Source: Pseudogymnoascus verrucosus
Taxonomy: Eukaryota
Length of the DNA stretch: 64,000 nt
Direction: 5' to 3' (one strand)
NCBI GenBank assembly: GCA_001662655.1
Contig: KV460263.1
Shown here: piece by piece, positions 63,278 to 64,000 of the stretch
How the letters are laid out: each line of letters begins with the position of its first letter
Numbering within the stretch: the stretch's first letter is position 1
Translations under genes and position numbers: made by a program
Notes under the pieces: generated by a model
Databases searched by the model: none
What the model was told of the DNA's origin: nothing
The model's input: only the letters and a program-made list of their open reading frames with translations

Positions 63278-64000
63278 AGTTATGGTGTCGCTGTCCTCGC
63301 TCGATGTACTCGTAGCGGCTTCAACTTTGTGAAGGTAGAAGCTGATACGAGATGCTCGTAGGGCTCATGGCCATAAGCCGCCACTTGGCTGCGCGTATAC
63401 GAATTGTTGTGCCTGGCGGTTAGTACCGTATGCGTATGGAGAACAAAGGAACAGCAACATCATAAATAGTAACTACGGGCAACAGAATGAAGGCATCTGC
63501 GAATATTTCACAGTATATTATAGTTTATGGGAGTAAGCCTTGTGTTACGTTTAATTCAATTTTCGATGTTATATTTCTACGGTCACACGTTCCATTCGAA
63601 TACGACCTCTTGGATTGGAGATTTGTTGAAGGCGCCTATCGGTCACATTAGAGCTATGCCTGGAATATTTGTATATTTCACCATTCGCCCCTCGAACACA
63701 GGTGAAAATTCTTCATGAAACTTGCTTCGGATTCCTACAGCTGCAGAGTCGTAGATGAAAGATGCAGATACACCACCGTCAGCTTACGGATATCTAGCCG
63801 CATCTACGTAATACTCGGCCACGCCGCGAAAAGGCCCGTCCCGCTATCAAGGCCAATGACGTTCTCCAGTCAAGAAGCAATATTAGGAGACTCCAATATA
63901 AGAAATAATACTCCGTATGAGTATATATGCATATTATATCTCCCTAATTAATATTTACACCTATTACATTACGCACTATAGCCATCCCACATCATCCCAA

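Overview
Eukaryotic genomic DNA from a filamentous ascomycete. The short GT-AG introns carry CTAAC/CTGAC branch sites; Pezizomycotina, possibly a Leotiomycete, is an inference. About 16 protein-coding genes, mostly spliced, were reconstructed by hand: a NAD(P)-binding oxidoreductase, CAF1/POP2, FYV10/GID9, CBF1, a YCF1-type ABCC transporter, a DUF2841 (YDR124W-like) protein, STE12/SteA, FAF1, HIS6, YPP1/Rhf1, RIX1, an integrase-zinc-finger-like orphan, alpha-actinin, a CBM18-CE4 deacetylase, a GNAT acetyltransferase and a RING-ZZ-like-SH3 protein. The most notable non-routine features are: (1) a tail-to-tail DUF2841/STE12 pair flanked by ~10 kb and ~7 kb non-coding regions; (2) a degenerate repeat element between those two genes containing hairpins, two with near-identical loops; (3) a 144-bp hAT-type MITE with a perfect 8-bp target-site duplication; (4) a divergent FAF1-HIS6 pair arranged as in budding yeast; (5) a multi-intron gene with an isolated integrase HHCC-like motif; (6) recurrent degenerate tandem triplications just downstream of genes. 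No tRNA, rRNA or CRISPR array was recognised. All family assignments are by motif recognition only, with no database search.
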